From: a virus
Taxonomy: Duplodnaviria > Heunggongvirae > Uroviricota > Caudoviricetes
Direction: 5' to 3' (one strand)
IMG/VR virus record: IMGVR_UViG_3300025670_000002
Length of the DNA: 64,000 nt
Of this stretch, positions 37,997 through 47,218 are shown piece by piece. Under the pieces are notes generated by a model that was not told the DNA's origin, searched no databases, and was given only the letters and a program-made list of their open reading frames with translations. Position 1 is the stretch's first letter. Every line of letters starts with the position of its first letter. A program made the position numbers and the translations under genes.

Positions 37997-38275
37997 ATGA
38001 TTACATTAAAAAGTTTAGCAAAGAATATTTCAAAAGACTCTGGCGAATCTGCGCAGTGTGTTGAGCGAATTTTAAAGGCAGCATTTGACGCAATTAAAGA
38101 AGATGTTGCGTTAGATCAAGAGGTTAGAGTTCATGGGTTTGGCACATTTAAGCTAAAACATAGAGCGGCACGAAAAGGGCGTAATCCACAAACAGGCGAA
38201 GAGCTTCAAATTAAGGCATCAAGTATTATGGTATTTAAGCAATCAAAGGCAAAGGTAAGTGAAAAAAGTGTTTGA
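37997..38275 (+). CDS. HU/IHF-family DNA-binding protein
   Basis: GFGTFKLKHRAARKGRNPQTGEELQI matches the HU arm signature. Confidence 0.75.
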   Translation: MITLKSLAKNISKDSGESAQCVERILKAAFDAIKEDVALDQEVRVHGFGTFKLKHRAARKGRNPQTGEELQIKASSIMVFKQSKAKVSEKSV

Positions 38276-38510
38276 TACGTTGTCGGTAGAGCCATTAACA
38301 GCGATTGAAAAGGTTGGGATATTTAGGGTTATTGCCGTCGCAATGTTGACGGCATTTAATGTTATATCGGTAGGCTTTGTTATGCCGTTTATGATTAGCT
38401 CCGATTCGTCAGAGCTTGTGATGCTAGGTTTTGCTTTGGCGTTAATGACGCTGGCTGTCAATTGGTTTTGTATTTACATGTTTATTAGAGGTAAAAAGAA
38501 TAATGTTTAG
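38259..38510 (+). CDS. small membrane protein (two TM segments), possible NfeD-like partner of the SPFH protein
   Basis: Hydrophobic stretches FRVIAVAMLTAFNVISVGFVMPF and LGFALALMTLAVNWFCIYMFI. Overlaps the SPFH gene start. Confidence 0.4.
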   Translation: MKKVFDTLSVEPLTAIEKVGIFRVIAVAMLTAFNVISVGFVMPFMISSDSSELVMLGFALALMTLAVNWFCIYMFIRGKKNNV

Positions 38511-39360
38511 AATTTTTGGTATTGTTGCGCTGGTTTTATCAATGATTGGTGTTTCTAGCTGTGAAAAAGTCCCCGCTGGTCACGTTGGGGTAAAGGTGTT
38601 TCTTTTGGGTGGAAGCAAAGGTGTTGACTCAGAAGAGCTGGGTGTCGGTAGATACTTTATTGGTCTCAATGAGGAGCTATTCTTGTTCCCAACCTTCACT
38701 CAGAACTATGTGTGGACTGCTGGAAAGGATGAGGGCTCACCAAACAACGAGTCAATTACGTTTCAGACGAATCAGGGTTTGGCAATCAACACGGATGTCG
38801 GTGTTTCGTATGAGGTAAATAAGGAAAAGGTAACAAGTGTCTTTCAGAAGTATCGAAAGGGGGTTGATGAAATTACCGATGTTTATCTGAGAAATATGGT
38901 GCGTGATGCGTTTGTATCCGAAGGGTCAAAGCACGATGTTGAGTATATTTATGGAAAAGGTAAAACCGATTTCATGAAGGCGGTGCAGGCAAGTGTTATA
39001 TCTCAAGTCAGAGAGATCGGCATTGATGTTGAGAAGATTTATCTAATTGGCAGAATGAGATTACCTGATTCAGTTGTTAGAGCAATTGATGCAAAGATTG
39101 GCGCAACTCAGAAGGCTCAACAGCGTGAAAACGAAGTTCGAGAGGCAGAAGCATCAGCCGCGAAGAAAGTTGCACTAGCGAACGGTGAGGCGGATTCAAT
39201 TCTGGCAGTTGCAAGAGCGCAGGCTGAGGCAAATAGTTTACTGAGCGGGTCGCTTACCAAAAACTTGCTTGAAAACAAAGCAATTGAAAAGTGGGACGGA
39301 AAGCTACCGTATATGAACGGCAGTAGCGGTGTTCCGATGATTAAGTTACCTAATATGTAG
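38503..39360 (+). CDS. SPFH/band-7 (stomatin/prohibitin/HflC-like) membrane protein
   Basis: N-terminal TM/signal anchor. SPFH core. C-terminal coiled coil AKIGATQKAQQRENEVREAEASAAKKVALANGEADSILAVARAQAEA. Confidence 0.65.
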   Translation: MFRIFGIVALVLSMIGVSSCEKVPAGHVGVKVFLLGGSKGVDSEELGVGRYFIGLNEELFLFPTFTQNYVWTAGKDEGSPNNESITFQTNQGLAINTDVGVSYEVNKEKVTSVFQKYRKGVDEITDVYLRNMVRDAFVSEGSKHDVEYIYGKGKTDFMKAVQASVISQVREIGIDVEKIYLIGRMRLPDSVVRAIDAKIGATQKAQQRENEVREAEASAAKKVALANGEADSILAVARAQAEANSLLSGSLTKNLLENKAIEKWDGKLPYMNGSSGVPMIKLPNM

Positions 39361-39386
39361 CATAGATTGTTTGTTGCTGGTGATTG

Positions 39387-39417
39387 TAATAAGTCACTAG
39401 CAACTTACACAGCCCAG
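39387..39417 (+). promoter_or_regulatory. family A motif (degenerate) TAATAAGTCACTAGCAACTTACACAGCCCAG
   Basis: TAAGTCA half-site plus trailing CCCAG. Confidence 0.3.
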
Positions 39418-39612
39418 AGAATAACTGTAATAATAAGCACTCTTGAAAGAAAGAGTTTTTATTATTACAAAAGGAGACGATAGTGAGAGCAACGCTTAGT
39501 GATTTATTGGAACAGCTTGAGAACTCAACCAATCCCGTTACGGACTGGGTTTTGAAAGAGTGCATCATGGCAAGATTGATGATTAAAGATTTTAGTTAAA
39601 AGAGGGAAGCCT

Positions 39613-39795
39613 ATGTTAGATGTTAGCAAAGTGCCGTCGATGATGGCGATAGCTGCGAGTTTCACTGGCGGTGGTATTCAGAAGCCAGTAATGCCGAAGT
39701 CGGATTGGAAACATGATGACAAAAGAGTTGCCAAAGCTCAGGCAAAAAGAGAGCGCAGAATGAAACGTAATTTAAAAAATAAAGGTGGTAGATAA
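39613..39795 (+). CDS. small basic protein
   Basis: 60-aa ORF with RBS AGAGGGAAGCCTATG and a Lys/Arg-rich tail. Confidence 0.35.
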   Translation: MLDVSKVPSMMAIAASFTGGGIQKPVMPKSDWKHDDKRVAKAQAKRERRMKRNLKNKGGR

Positions 39796-39796
39796 T

Positions 39797-40750
39797 ATGC
39801 AGCAGTATAAAGAATTATTGCAGGACATTCTTGAGAATGGCGACAGCTCGGATGATAGAACTGGAGTTGGAACAACATCGGTGTTCGGCAGACAAATTAG
39901 GTTCAACTTGAAGGATGGCTTTCCCCTACTTACAGCAAAGCACACATCATTCAAGATGATTGCAACAGAGCTTTTGTGGATGCTTTCAGGCGACACAAAC
40001 GTAAAGGCTCTTAACGATCAAGGCAATAAGATTTGGAATGAGTGGGCGACAGAAAGTGGTGAGCTTGGCCCTGTTTATGGCAAACAGTGGCGTGCTTGGC
40101 ATAACGACCGCGACGGTTGCGAAGTTGACCAGATTGCAAATGTAATTGAGTCGCTAAAAAGTAATCCAAAATCAAGAAGACATATTGTGTCAGCTTGGAA
40201 TGTGAATTACCTTCCAGATGAGAGGACTTCGCCAAGTATGAGTGCATATATTGGGTTCATGGCTTTGCCGCCATGCCACCTATTGTTTCAATTCAATGCG
40301 AGAAAGCTAAGTGCCTCCGAAAGAAGAAAGCTTATTCCAAAGGGGACAGTATTTTCTCAAAGCATTGTAACGGACAAAGAGTGGCACAGGGCTCTTGATT
40401 TAAATGGCATTCCTTCATACGAACTTAGCTGCCAGTTGTATCAACGTAGTGCAGATATGTTCTTAGGTGTTCCGTATAACATTGCTTCATACGCATTGCT
40501 TACGCACATGGTAGCCCAGCTAACAAACATGACCGTTGGTGATTTCGTTCATACATTTGGCGATGCTCATATTTACAATTCACATTTAGAGAAGGTCGAA
40601 GAGTTATTGAGTAGGGATTTTGATAAATATGATTTACCTAAGCTAAATATAGTTGGGAAGCATGACGGCATTGATGACTTTACCTTAGATAGTTTTGAGG
40701 TTGTGAGTTACCAGTCTCAACCATCTATCAAAGCCCCAATAGCTGTATGA
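39797..40750 (+). CDS. thyA: thymidylate synthase ThyA (start moved to ATG 39797 after AAAGGTGG; the listed ORF begins at GTG 39785)
   Basis: MQQYKELLQDILENG..DRTGVGT..FNLKDGFPLLTAKH..ELLWMLSGDTN..GPVYGKQWRAW..LPPCH..LSCQLYQRSADMFLGVPYNIASYALL. A ~40-aa internal insertion is present. Confidence 0.9.
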   Translation: MQQYKELLQDILENGDSSDDRTGVGTTSVFGRQIRFNLKDGFPLLTAKHTSFKMIATELLWMLSGDTNVKALNDQGNKIWNEWATESGELGPVYGKQWRAWHNDRDGCEVDQIANVIESLKSNPKSRRHIVSAWNVNYLPDERTSPSMSAYIGFMALPPCHLLFQFNARKLSASERRKLIPKGTVFSQSIVTDKEWHRALDLNGIPSYELSCQLYQRSADMFLGVPYNIASYALLTHMVAQLTNMTVGDFVHTFGDAHIYNSHLEKVEELLSRDFDKYDLPKLNIVGKHDGIDDFTLDSFEVVSYQSQPSIKAPIAV

Positions 40751-41286
40751 TTGAGTGGCGAGAGGTTGGTGGCTATGACGGTGCGTATTTGGTATCCAAT
40801 CGTGGTGATGTAAAAAGTGTTGCAAGAGTGGCAAGGAGAGCTGTTAATGGTGTAGAGATAGTTAGACCCATCAGGGAGAGGCTGTTAAAAGCTCGGAGAA
40901 ATGGCGGAGGGTATCCAATAGTTACAATGTATAAAATAGGTGTGCCGAGAACCATCGTTGTTCATTCGATAGTTGCCAGTGCGTTTCTAGGAGAAAGACC
41001 GCCTGGCATGTTCATCTGTCATAACGATAGTAATGTTGAAAACACAAATGACTGGAATTTGAGATACGATACGCCAAAGGGAAATATGGGGGACAGAGTT
41101 TCAAATGGAACGTCACCAGTTGGTGAAAAAAACGGAAATTCTAGGTTGAATGGGTCTGATGTTTTAAAAATAAGAGACCTCATATCGGATGGCATGTCGA
41201 ACATTGACATTTCAAACAAAATGGGTGTCTCTAAGTCAACGGTGTCGCACATAAAGACGGGAAGAACTTGGGGGCATGTAGTTTGA
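40747..41286 (+). mobile_element. HNH homing endonuclease (I-HmuI-like: N-terminal EWREV..GY.G.Y.VSN.G.V.S, HNH box, C-terminal HTH) directly after thyA
   Basis: HNH box CHNDSNVENTNDWNLRYDTPKGN. C-terminal DISNKMGVSKSTVSHIKTG helix-turn-helix. Confidence 0.75.
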
Positions 41287-41332
41287 TCTTAATGCCCACG
41301 AACAACCCACAATTTTGAGTATAAAATGCTCA

Positions 41333-41413
41333 ATTGATAATTTCAAGTTAGAAGATTTTGAAGTTATCGGATACGAATCACAGCCTTCGATAAAGGCTGA
41401 AATAGCAGTTTAG
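41333..41413 (+). pseudogene. thyA: duplicated 3'-terminal remnant of thyA (IDNFKLEDFEVIGYESQPSIKAEIAV*) downstream of the HNH gene
   Basis: It parallels the true ThyA C-terminus GIDDFTLDSFEVVSYQSQPSIKAPIAV*. The frame is open only from 41282. Confidence 0.7.
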
Positions 41414-41681
41414 GTTAGGAGAGGGCATGAGTGAGGATGGGAAAAAAGGTTTTATCAGGTTGATAAATGGGGTTTGGCATACTCGCGTTCGCATTGAGGA
41501 TAGTTTCTCGGTGATGCGATATAGCGAGGTTGAGTCAAGAGGGCTTTTGAATGAATGATCGCTCAAATGAAATAACATACGAATATTTTTGTGTTTTGGG
41601 TGAGCCATCAAACGGCAAATGCAGTAAGAGGATGCGCCAAAACGGATCGCATACTTACTTCACATATCATCTGATGCGGTA

Positions 41682-41966
41682 ATGGCTGGTTTACCCAATG
41701 TCAAAAAGCCATGCTCCAACTGCCCTTTTAGAAAAGACTCACAAAAGGGGTGGCTCGGTGCAGAGAGAATGCGGGAAATATTAAGTTACACCTCTTTTGT
41801 TTGTCATAAGAAGACCACTCTACAGTGCGCTGGTCACATGCTGATAAAAGGGGATGAGAACGCATTTGTTCAGATTGCAGAGAGACTTGGTGTTGATCCA
41901 AATCTATCAGGTAGTGATTTGGTATTTGAAACAGAGGAAGATTGTATAAACCATCATGGGGGATAA
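41682..41966 (+). CDS. hypothetical Cys-rich protein (CSNCPFR..C..CAGH)
   Basis: 94-aa ORF. No recognisable family. Confidence 0.4.
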   Translation: MAGLPNVKKPCSNCPFRKDSQKGWLGAERMREILSYTSFVCHKKTTLQCAGHMLIKGDENAFVQIAERLGVDPNLSGSDLVFETEEDCINHHGG

Positions 41967-41991
41967 ATGATTAATTGGAAGAGATTGAGCA

Positions 41992-42408
41992 TTGCGTTTG
42001 GGGCTTGTGTTGCTGTTTTGGCAGCAGCGGTGTTACTTGCGGGTGGAAAATGACTATATTAAGACCGACGATAGATCGGTGGAAATAAGAAATGAAACAA
42101 AAACAAGAATGAAAATGGGCAAATTGGCAAGTCAATTCATTAATAAAAGACTGACCTTCGTTTATAAAAACTGGCGAGGGGAAACTGGAAAAAGAACTGT
42201 TGTGCCAATTAGCATTCGATTTGGCGAAAGCAAGTTTCACAAAGGCGAGCAGTGGATTATGAGAGCTTTTGATGTGGAGAGAAAGGGTGACCCAGTGAGA
42301 GAGTTTGCAATGAAAGACATACAAGGCATTAAAAGATGCCATGACTGTTTGCCAAAAACGAAAAACCCATGTCTTGATATTGAAGTTGATGAGATTTCGG
42401 GTGATTGA
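41992..42408 (+). CDS. hypothetical protein
   Basis: 138-aa ORF. No motif recognised. Confidence 0.4.
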   Translation: MRLGLVLLFWQQRCYLRVENDYIKTDDRSVEIRNETKTRMKMGKLASQFINKRLTFVYKNWRGETGKRTVVPISIRFGESKFHKGEQWIMRAFDVERKGDPVREFAMKDIQGIKRCHDCLPKTKNPCLDIEVDEISGD

Positions 42409-42629
42409 TGAGTAGAGTGAAATTTGAAGAGGATATGGAGAGGTTCATATCAGGCAAGATCAACAAGATGATGGGTGAGATTGAAGGTGAGTATCCAGAT
42501 TGCTTTACGGAAATGAGAATTACCGATGATGACTGGTTGGGTGTGAAAAGAAAAACACTTAGCAAGGCGAGAGTTGATTTCAAAAACACAATAAAGGCGG
42601 CAATTAGATGGAGCGAGTGGATTAAATGA
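42405..42629 (+). CDS. hypothetical protein
   Basis: 74-aa ORF coupled to its neighbours (ATGA overlaps on both sides). Confidence 0.4.
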   Translation: MMSRVKFEEDMERFISGKINKMMGEIEGEYPDCFTEMRITDDDWLGVKRKTLSKARVDFKNTIKAAIRWSEWIK

Positions 42630-43090
42630 TTACCATGATGATGGCAGTGTCCCAAAACGGGGTCATAGGCTGCGATACAGGTATGCCCTGGCATGTATCA
42701 AGCGAGTTGAAGTTCTTCAAGGCACAGACAATGGGAAAGCGCATTGTGATGGGCAGAAAGACTGCTGAATTGGTTGGCTGCTTGCCAGGAAGAGAGTGCA
42801 TTGTTGTCTCTCGAAATAGAGGCTTCGTTGTTGAGGGCTTCGAGGTAAGAACTGCATACGAGGTTATTAAGCAGGATGAGGCCATTCTGGATATGGACAC
42901 TGTAATATGTGGCGGCGGTGAAATATACGATCTATTTATGCCGTATGTGGATGAGATTCTTGTGTCCAGACTCGCTGTTACTGCGGAGGGAAATGTGCTT
43001 ATGCCTGGTATTGACTTAAGCGTGTGGAAAATTGGCGGATATGAAAATCACCCTGAGTTTACGGTTGAGAAATATGTTAGGGTAGATTAA
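42626..43090 (+). CDS. folA: dihydrofolate reductase
   Basis: MITMMMAVSQNGVIGCDTGMPWHVSSELKFFKAQTMGKRIVMGRKT aligns with the FolA N-terminus. GGGEIY is present. Confidence 0.85.
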   Translation: MITMMMAVSQNGVIGCDTGMPWHVSSELKFFKAQTMGKRIVMGRKTAELVGCLPGRECIVVSRNRGFVVEGFEVRTAYEVIKQDEAILDMDTVICGGGEIYDLFMPYVDEILVSRLAVTAEGNVLMPGIDLSVWKIGGYENHPEFTVEKYVRVD

Positions 43091-43092
43091 AT

Positions 43093-43130
43093 TAATAAGT
43101 CATTACTTACTTATTAGTGTGTATAATAAT
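43093..43130 (+). promoter_or_regulatory. family A motif AATAAGTCATTACTTACTTATTAGTGTGTATAATAATC
   Basis: TAAGTCA half-site, TTACTTA, TATAAT. Confidence 0.4.
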
Positions 43131-43162
43131 CATACTGTTAATTTGAAACAAAGAGAGCGTAA

Positions 43163-43420
43163 ATGGAAACAAAACAAACTATTAAGATTCAGTGTTTTGA
43201 GGTGAATCATGAAAAAAAAGAGGCGACCCCTTTTGATATTGAATATGAGTATGAAATGTCGGATGAAATCATCGATATGATTAATGAAGAAATTGAAGCC
43301 GGTGCTAATGCCGCCGTTGGTGTAATTTCTGAAGAACGAGCTGAGGACAGACGTATTGCCGAAATCTCAAGAATGTGCGGAATGTCTTACAGAAAGTATT
43401 GGAAGGAGTGCTTTGCATGA
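43163..43420 (+). CDS. small acidic hypothetical protein
   Basis: 85-aa ORF with RBS AAGAGAGCGTAAATG. Confidence 0.4.
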   Translation: METKQTIKIQCFEVNHEKKEATPFDIEYEYEMSDEIIDMINEEIEAGANAAVGVISEERAEDRRIAEISRMCGMSYRKYWKECFA

Positions 43421-43704
43421 TTGGTTTACTGAAAAAGATATTTAAGTTTGGCGCAAGAAAGATTGGTGTAAGTAGTCTTTCCGTTAGTTCGATTGTTGAT
43501 CGCCACTCAAGAGAGATCGTCTCCATTGAGCAAAAAATGAAAGCAGCTAAAAAAGATGCTGCCAAGTTACTTGCGGAAAGATCGGAAGCAATGAAGCGAG
43601 AGGCAGATAGCCTTATTGAGCGTGAATTACTTTTGCAGAAGAAACGTGCAGAGGCGGAGGTGGAGCTTGAGCTTGCGACGATTGCGCAGGCAGACATGAT
43701 GTAA
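43375..43704 (+). CDS. hypothetical coiled-coil protein
   Basis: 109-aa ORF overlapping the upstream stop. The true start is uncertain. Confidence 0.35.
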   Translation: MRNVLQKVLEGVLCMIGLLKKIFKFGARKIGVSSLSVSSIVDRHSREIVSIEQKMKAAKKDAAKLLAERSEAMKREADSLIERELLLQKKRAEAEVELELATIAQADMM

Positions 43705-43734
43705 CAATCGGCAGCACATTTAATTTTCAACATA

Positions 43735-43758
43735 GGCGGGCTAGTTCCCGCCTTTTTA
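43735..43758 (+). terminator. rho-independent terminator GGCGGGCTAGTTCCCGCC followed by TTTTT
   Basis: 6-bp GC stem plus T-run. Confidence 0.65.
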
Positions 43759-43783
43759 TTATCTAAAATATATAGGAACATAT

Positions 43784-44449
43784 ATGACTATTAAAAAACA
43801 ACACATTTTGGCAGTAACAAACGGCTCGGTATCAGAAGCGGCAGAACATCACATTGGCGACGTTAGTTACCTAAGTGAGCATGTGAGTGAGGGAAAGGGG
43901 TTTATTCGCTTTAACAAGGGGTTTAAAGGGCTTCCATTTGATACAAATGACGTGGTAGTTGCTCCGAGAGATATTCTTGAAACATCGGACGACTACATGC
44001 AAATCATTCCATACATTGTGACAATGCGTGATGGAAAAATTCTTTCTTACACTCGAACAAAAACAGGTGGTGAATCACGATTGCACGACAATGTGTCAAT
44101 TGGGTTCGGCGGGCATATTGATGTTGGTGACGTATCTGTCAAAAACGGCAAGCAGGAAATTGATGTCGAAGCGACAGTTGCTAATGCCGCAAGTAGAGAA
44201 ATGAATGAAGAGCTAACCATTCAGGGTGCAGGCGATACATTCAATGCGGTAGGTATGATTGTTGACAGAAGTAATCCTGTAGGTATGGTTCATGTTGGCG
44301 TTGTTATTATCGTCAATACGGACGGCATCGTTACCTCAAATGAAGATCAGATTGATCTACATGGCTTCAAAACGAAAGAAGAATTGCTTGAGGTAGAAAA
44401 TCTTGAAAACTGGACTGGTATTTTACTGAATAGCGGATTGTTTGAATAA
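43784..44449 (+). CDS. Nudix-like hydrolase with ~100-aa N-terminal extension
   Basis: GFGGHIDVGD...ASREMNEELTI loosely fits the Nudix box GX5EX7REUXEEXGU. Confidence 0.4.
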   Translation: MTIKKQHILAVTNGSVSEAAEHHIGDVSYLSEHVSEGKGFIRFNKGFKGLPFDTNDVVVAPRDILETSDDYMQIIPYIVTMRDGKILSYTRTKTGGESRLHDNVSIGFGGHIDVGDVSVKNGKQEIDVEATVANAASREMNEELTIQGAGDTFNAVGMIVDRSNPVGMVHVGVVIIVNTDGIVTSNEDQIDLHGFKTKEELLEVENLENWTGILLNSGLFE

Positions 44450-45057
44450 TGATTGGTTTAATTGGTGCATCTGGGGTCGGCAAGACAACTCTGGCTAAGA
44501 AGTTTGCAAAGAAGTCTGGCTTTGTTTATGTAGAGAGTAGCGTTAGAGGCGTTTTTGAAAGCATGGGTCTTGATCCAAAGGTTGATTATGACTTCGACAC
44601 AAGACTGAAGATTCAGATTGGTATATTGGAGGCTTCAAAGGCAAGTTACCAAGAAATCGGCAGCTCTTTTATTTCCGACAGAACGCCGCTTGATTTACTT
44701 GCATACACAATTGCGGATGTTGGTAGGGAAAATCTAAACGAACAGCAGTCATTGGCATTACTTGATTATGTGGATGAGTGCTTTCATGCTACCAACACTT
44801 ACTTTTCTGCGGTGATACTGGTTCAACCCGGCATACCAATGAGCAGTGACGGCATTAGACCAACTAATTTGGCCTATATGGAGCACATTGCAATTATATT
44901 AATGGGGCTTCTTGCAGACCAGAGATTGAACTGTGCAAAGAGCTTTATTAATCGGAACACCCTTGATCTAAGCAAGCGAATTGGCGTTGTTGAAAGCATT
45001 CTAGGTAAGGTTCATCTTGACAATGCTGAGTTGGCTAAAATAAGTGGCGTTCATTAG
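44449..45057 (+). CDS. P-loop nucleoside/nucleotide kinase-like protein
   Basis: Walker A MIGLIGASGVGKTT at the N-terminus. DRTPLD lid-like motif. Coupled to the Nudix gene. Confidence 0.45.
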   Translation: MIGLIGASGVGKTTLAKKFAKKSGFVYVESSVRGVFESMGLDPKVDYDFDTRLKIQIGILEASKASYQEIGSSFISDRTPLDLLAYTIADVGRENLNEQQSLALLDYVDECFHATNTYFSAVILVQPGIPMSSDGIRPTNLAYMEHIAIILMGLLADQRLNCAKSFINRNTLDLSKRIGVVESILGKVHLDNAELAKISGVH

Positions 45058-45168
45058 CAAGAAAAGGGTTAGTTAATTAGCCCACAGCTCTCCCTAGTTG
45101 TAGATGAAATAATAGATTCAAGTTAAGAAATGAATTAATTATTTTGCATCAACGAAGGAGAGTTTTTT

Positions 45169-45999
45169 ATGTCAAGAACAAATAGATTGCCAGAGAACAA
45201 AGTTAAAGTTTTGGGATTCGTTCCAGAAGTAAAATGGCTAAAGATAGCGGATATAAAAAGAACGCCTGAGTATCAAAGAAGTCTTGATGTTAAGAAGGTA
45301 GATCGCAGACTAAAAAAGGGGCTTGATTGGGGAAAGGTGAAGTCCGTAAGTATCTCGTCAAGACCTGATGGAACAATGTGGTGCTACGATGGTCAGCACA
45401 CAATGGCTCTTATAGAAAGAGCAGGGTATGACAAAGTTCCGTGCAGCATTCAGCCCTGTGAAACGGTGTCCAGAGAAGCGGAGCTTTTTTCTGAAATGAA
45501 TACCGATGTTGTAAAGGTAACGCCAATAGAAAAACACAATGCGTGTCTTCTTATGGACGAAAGAACACACTCTCATGATGTTGAGTATGCCCTAAGTATG
45601 TTTGATATAAAAATAGGCACAATGGATGTCAACACTGTCAATTGTCTGGGGACGCTAAGAAGTATTGTTGAGAGACATGGTGGAGTAAGTGGCTTAATCA
45701 GAACACTCGAAGCAATAACTACGGCATTTCCAGAAGACGACAGGCGCTTTTACAGCACAATAGTCTTTGGGACAACGGGCTTAATAAGTAGACTTGTTGC
45801 AGATGGACACGATTACAAAGAGGTGATGGGTGCCATAGCAAAAAGTGGGGTCACTTGCTCTGAAATCAATAAGGCAGCAACAACTATGAGTTCTGCCTTA
45901 ATGAGTTCAAAGAAAGCGCCTAATAATTTCATCCCTCAAGTTATGCTTGATATTTATAACAGTGCGACGAGAGTTCCTATCGCATTAAAGATAGCTTAG
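45169..45999 (+). CDS. ParB/sulfiredoxin-fold (DGQHR-like) protein
   Basis: RTPEYQR...SRPDGTMWCYDGQHTM resembles the ParB N-terminal domain nuclease-like motif. Confidence 0.4.
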   Translation: MSRTNRLPENKVKVLGFVPEVKWLKIADIKRTPEYQRSLDVKKVDRRLKKGLDWGKVKSVSISSRPDGTMWCYDGQHTMALIERAGYDKVPCSIQPCETVSREAELFSEMNTDVVKVTPIEKHNACLLMDERTHSHDVEYALSMFDIKIGTMDVNTVNCLGTLRSIVERHGGVSGLIRTLEAITTAFPEDDRRFYSTIVFGTTGLISRLVADGHDYKEVMGAIAKSGVTCSEINKAATTMSSALMSSKKAPNNFIPQVMLDIYNSATRVPIALKIA

Positions 46000-46003
46000 G
46001 GAA

Positions 46004-46035
46004 TAATAAAATAAGTCACTAGTGACTATTCAAAC
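46004..46035 (+). promoter_or_regulatory. family A motif AATAAAATAAGTCACTAGTGACTATTCAAACC (perfect AGTCACTAGTGACT palindrome)
   Basis: Read directly from the sequence. Confidence 0.45.
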
Positions 46036-46105
46036 CAGCTAATTGCTAGTAGAATACTAACTTCACTAGCAATTAGTGATTAAAGCAAAAACTAGGAGAA
46101 ATAAA

Positions 46106-46714
46106 ATGGCTAAAAAAAGACTAACAAACAAAATGCGTGAGGATATTGTGGACTCAATTATTGAGAAAACTGTGTCCAAAAAAATAACCGACAAGAGGAT
46201 TGAGCGAAGTGCAATAGGAACAAAGATTTACGACCTTTGTATGCAAAAGTTCAGGACAAGTGTTGACTCATTGCCCGCCTCATTCATGCCCACATCATCG
46301 GTGCTGAGAGTTTGCCTAAGCAACGTTCTTGGTCCAAATGTCGTCAACTGTGATACTGGAGAGTTTGACTCAGGCGAGATGCGTCTCGACATAGGCATGA
46401 CGGCGGGCGAAAGAGTCCCAGTTTACTCATCTATGTATGGATCACCTGTGTTTTCAATGGGGGAAACTACGCCGCTAATTCTTGATTATAGAAATGCCGA
46501 ATCTGAAGTTGGCGAGCTTGTTGACCAAAGAAAGGCCCTAACAAGAGAGCTTAAGGCGGCAATTATGAATTTCAAAAATGTCGAACAGATTGAAAGCGAA
46601 TGGGGCGAGATATATCAATATGTTCCTGAGCACATCAAGTCCAAAGATGTAGTCAGCTTGCCTGCTGTTAAACTCGATTCGATAAACCAAATGATCCAAA
46701 AAGTAGCGGCATAA
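46106..46714 (+). CDS. hypothetical protein (start set at ATG 46106 after AGGAG; the listed ORF starts at 46076)
   Basis: RBS AGGAG 46094-98. No motif recognised. Confidence 0.45.
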   Translation: MAKKRLTNKMREDIVDSIIEKTVSKKITDKRIERSAIGTKIYDLCMQKFRTSVDSLPASFMPTSSVLRVCLSNVLGPNVVNCDTGEFDSGEMRLDIGMTAGERVPVYSSMYGSPVFSMGETTPLILDYRNAESEVGELVDQRKALTRELKAAIMNFKNVEQIESEWGEIYQYVPEHIKSKDVVSLPAVKLDSINQMIQKVAA

Positions 46715-46747
46715 GTCGCTTTTATTAATACAACTAAGGTAAAGAAA

Positions 46748-47218
46748 ATGGCAGTAACAAAATTAGGCAAAGAGTTTAAGAAACTTCGTATTGACCACGA
46801 AATCAATCGTAAAGAAATGGCGAAAGCGATTGGTGTTTCTGAAGCTACACTGACAAACATCGAAGGTGGTAAAGAAGAGGTTACATCTGAAATTATGAAT
46901 AAAGTGTTTGCGAAGTATGCAGACCCAAGTAATGCGACTTTGGCAATGCAGCTATCAAATGCGGCAAGAGACTCAATCAAGCAAGTTGTGTTCGATATGA
47001 GCTCATTGAGTGCCGATCACAAAGACATGATTCTCGAAGTAAGAAGCAAGATTGCCTGCGACATTGCAGATAAACAGCGTATTGCCAAAGAAAAAGCGGC
47101 TGCTGATAAAAAAGCGAAGGCTGAAGCAAGACGAATTGCTAAGGGAGCGGCTGCTGAAAAGCCACCTCAAGACCCTAGCATTGATGATCTTGAAGAAGCG
47201 CTGGATAAGGCGGCGTAA
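46748..47218 (+). CDS. XRE-type HTH protein with a Lys/Ala-rich C-terminal tail
   Basis: HTH EINRKEMAKAIGVSEATLTNIEGG. C-terminal AKEKAAADKKAKAEARRIAKGAAAEK. Confidence 0.55.
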   Translation: MAVTKLGKEFKKLRIDHEINRKEMAKAIGVSEATLTNIEGGKEEVTSEIMNKVFAKYADPSNATLAMQLSNAARDSIKQVVFDMSSLSADHKDMILEVRSKIACDIADKQRIAKEKAAADKKAKAEARRIAKGAAAEKPPQDPSIDDLEEALDKAA

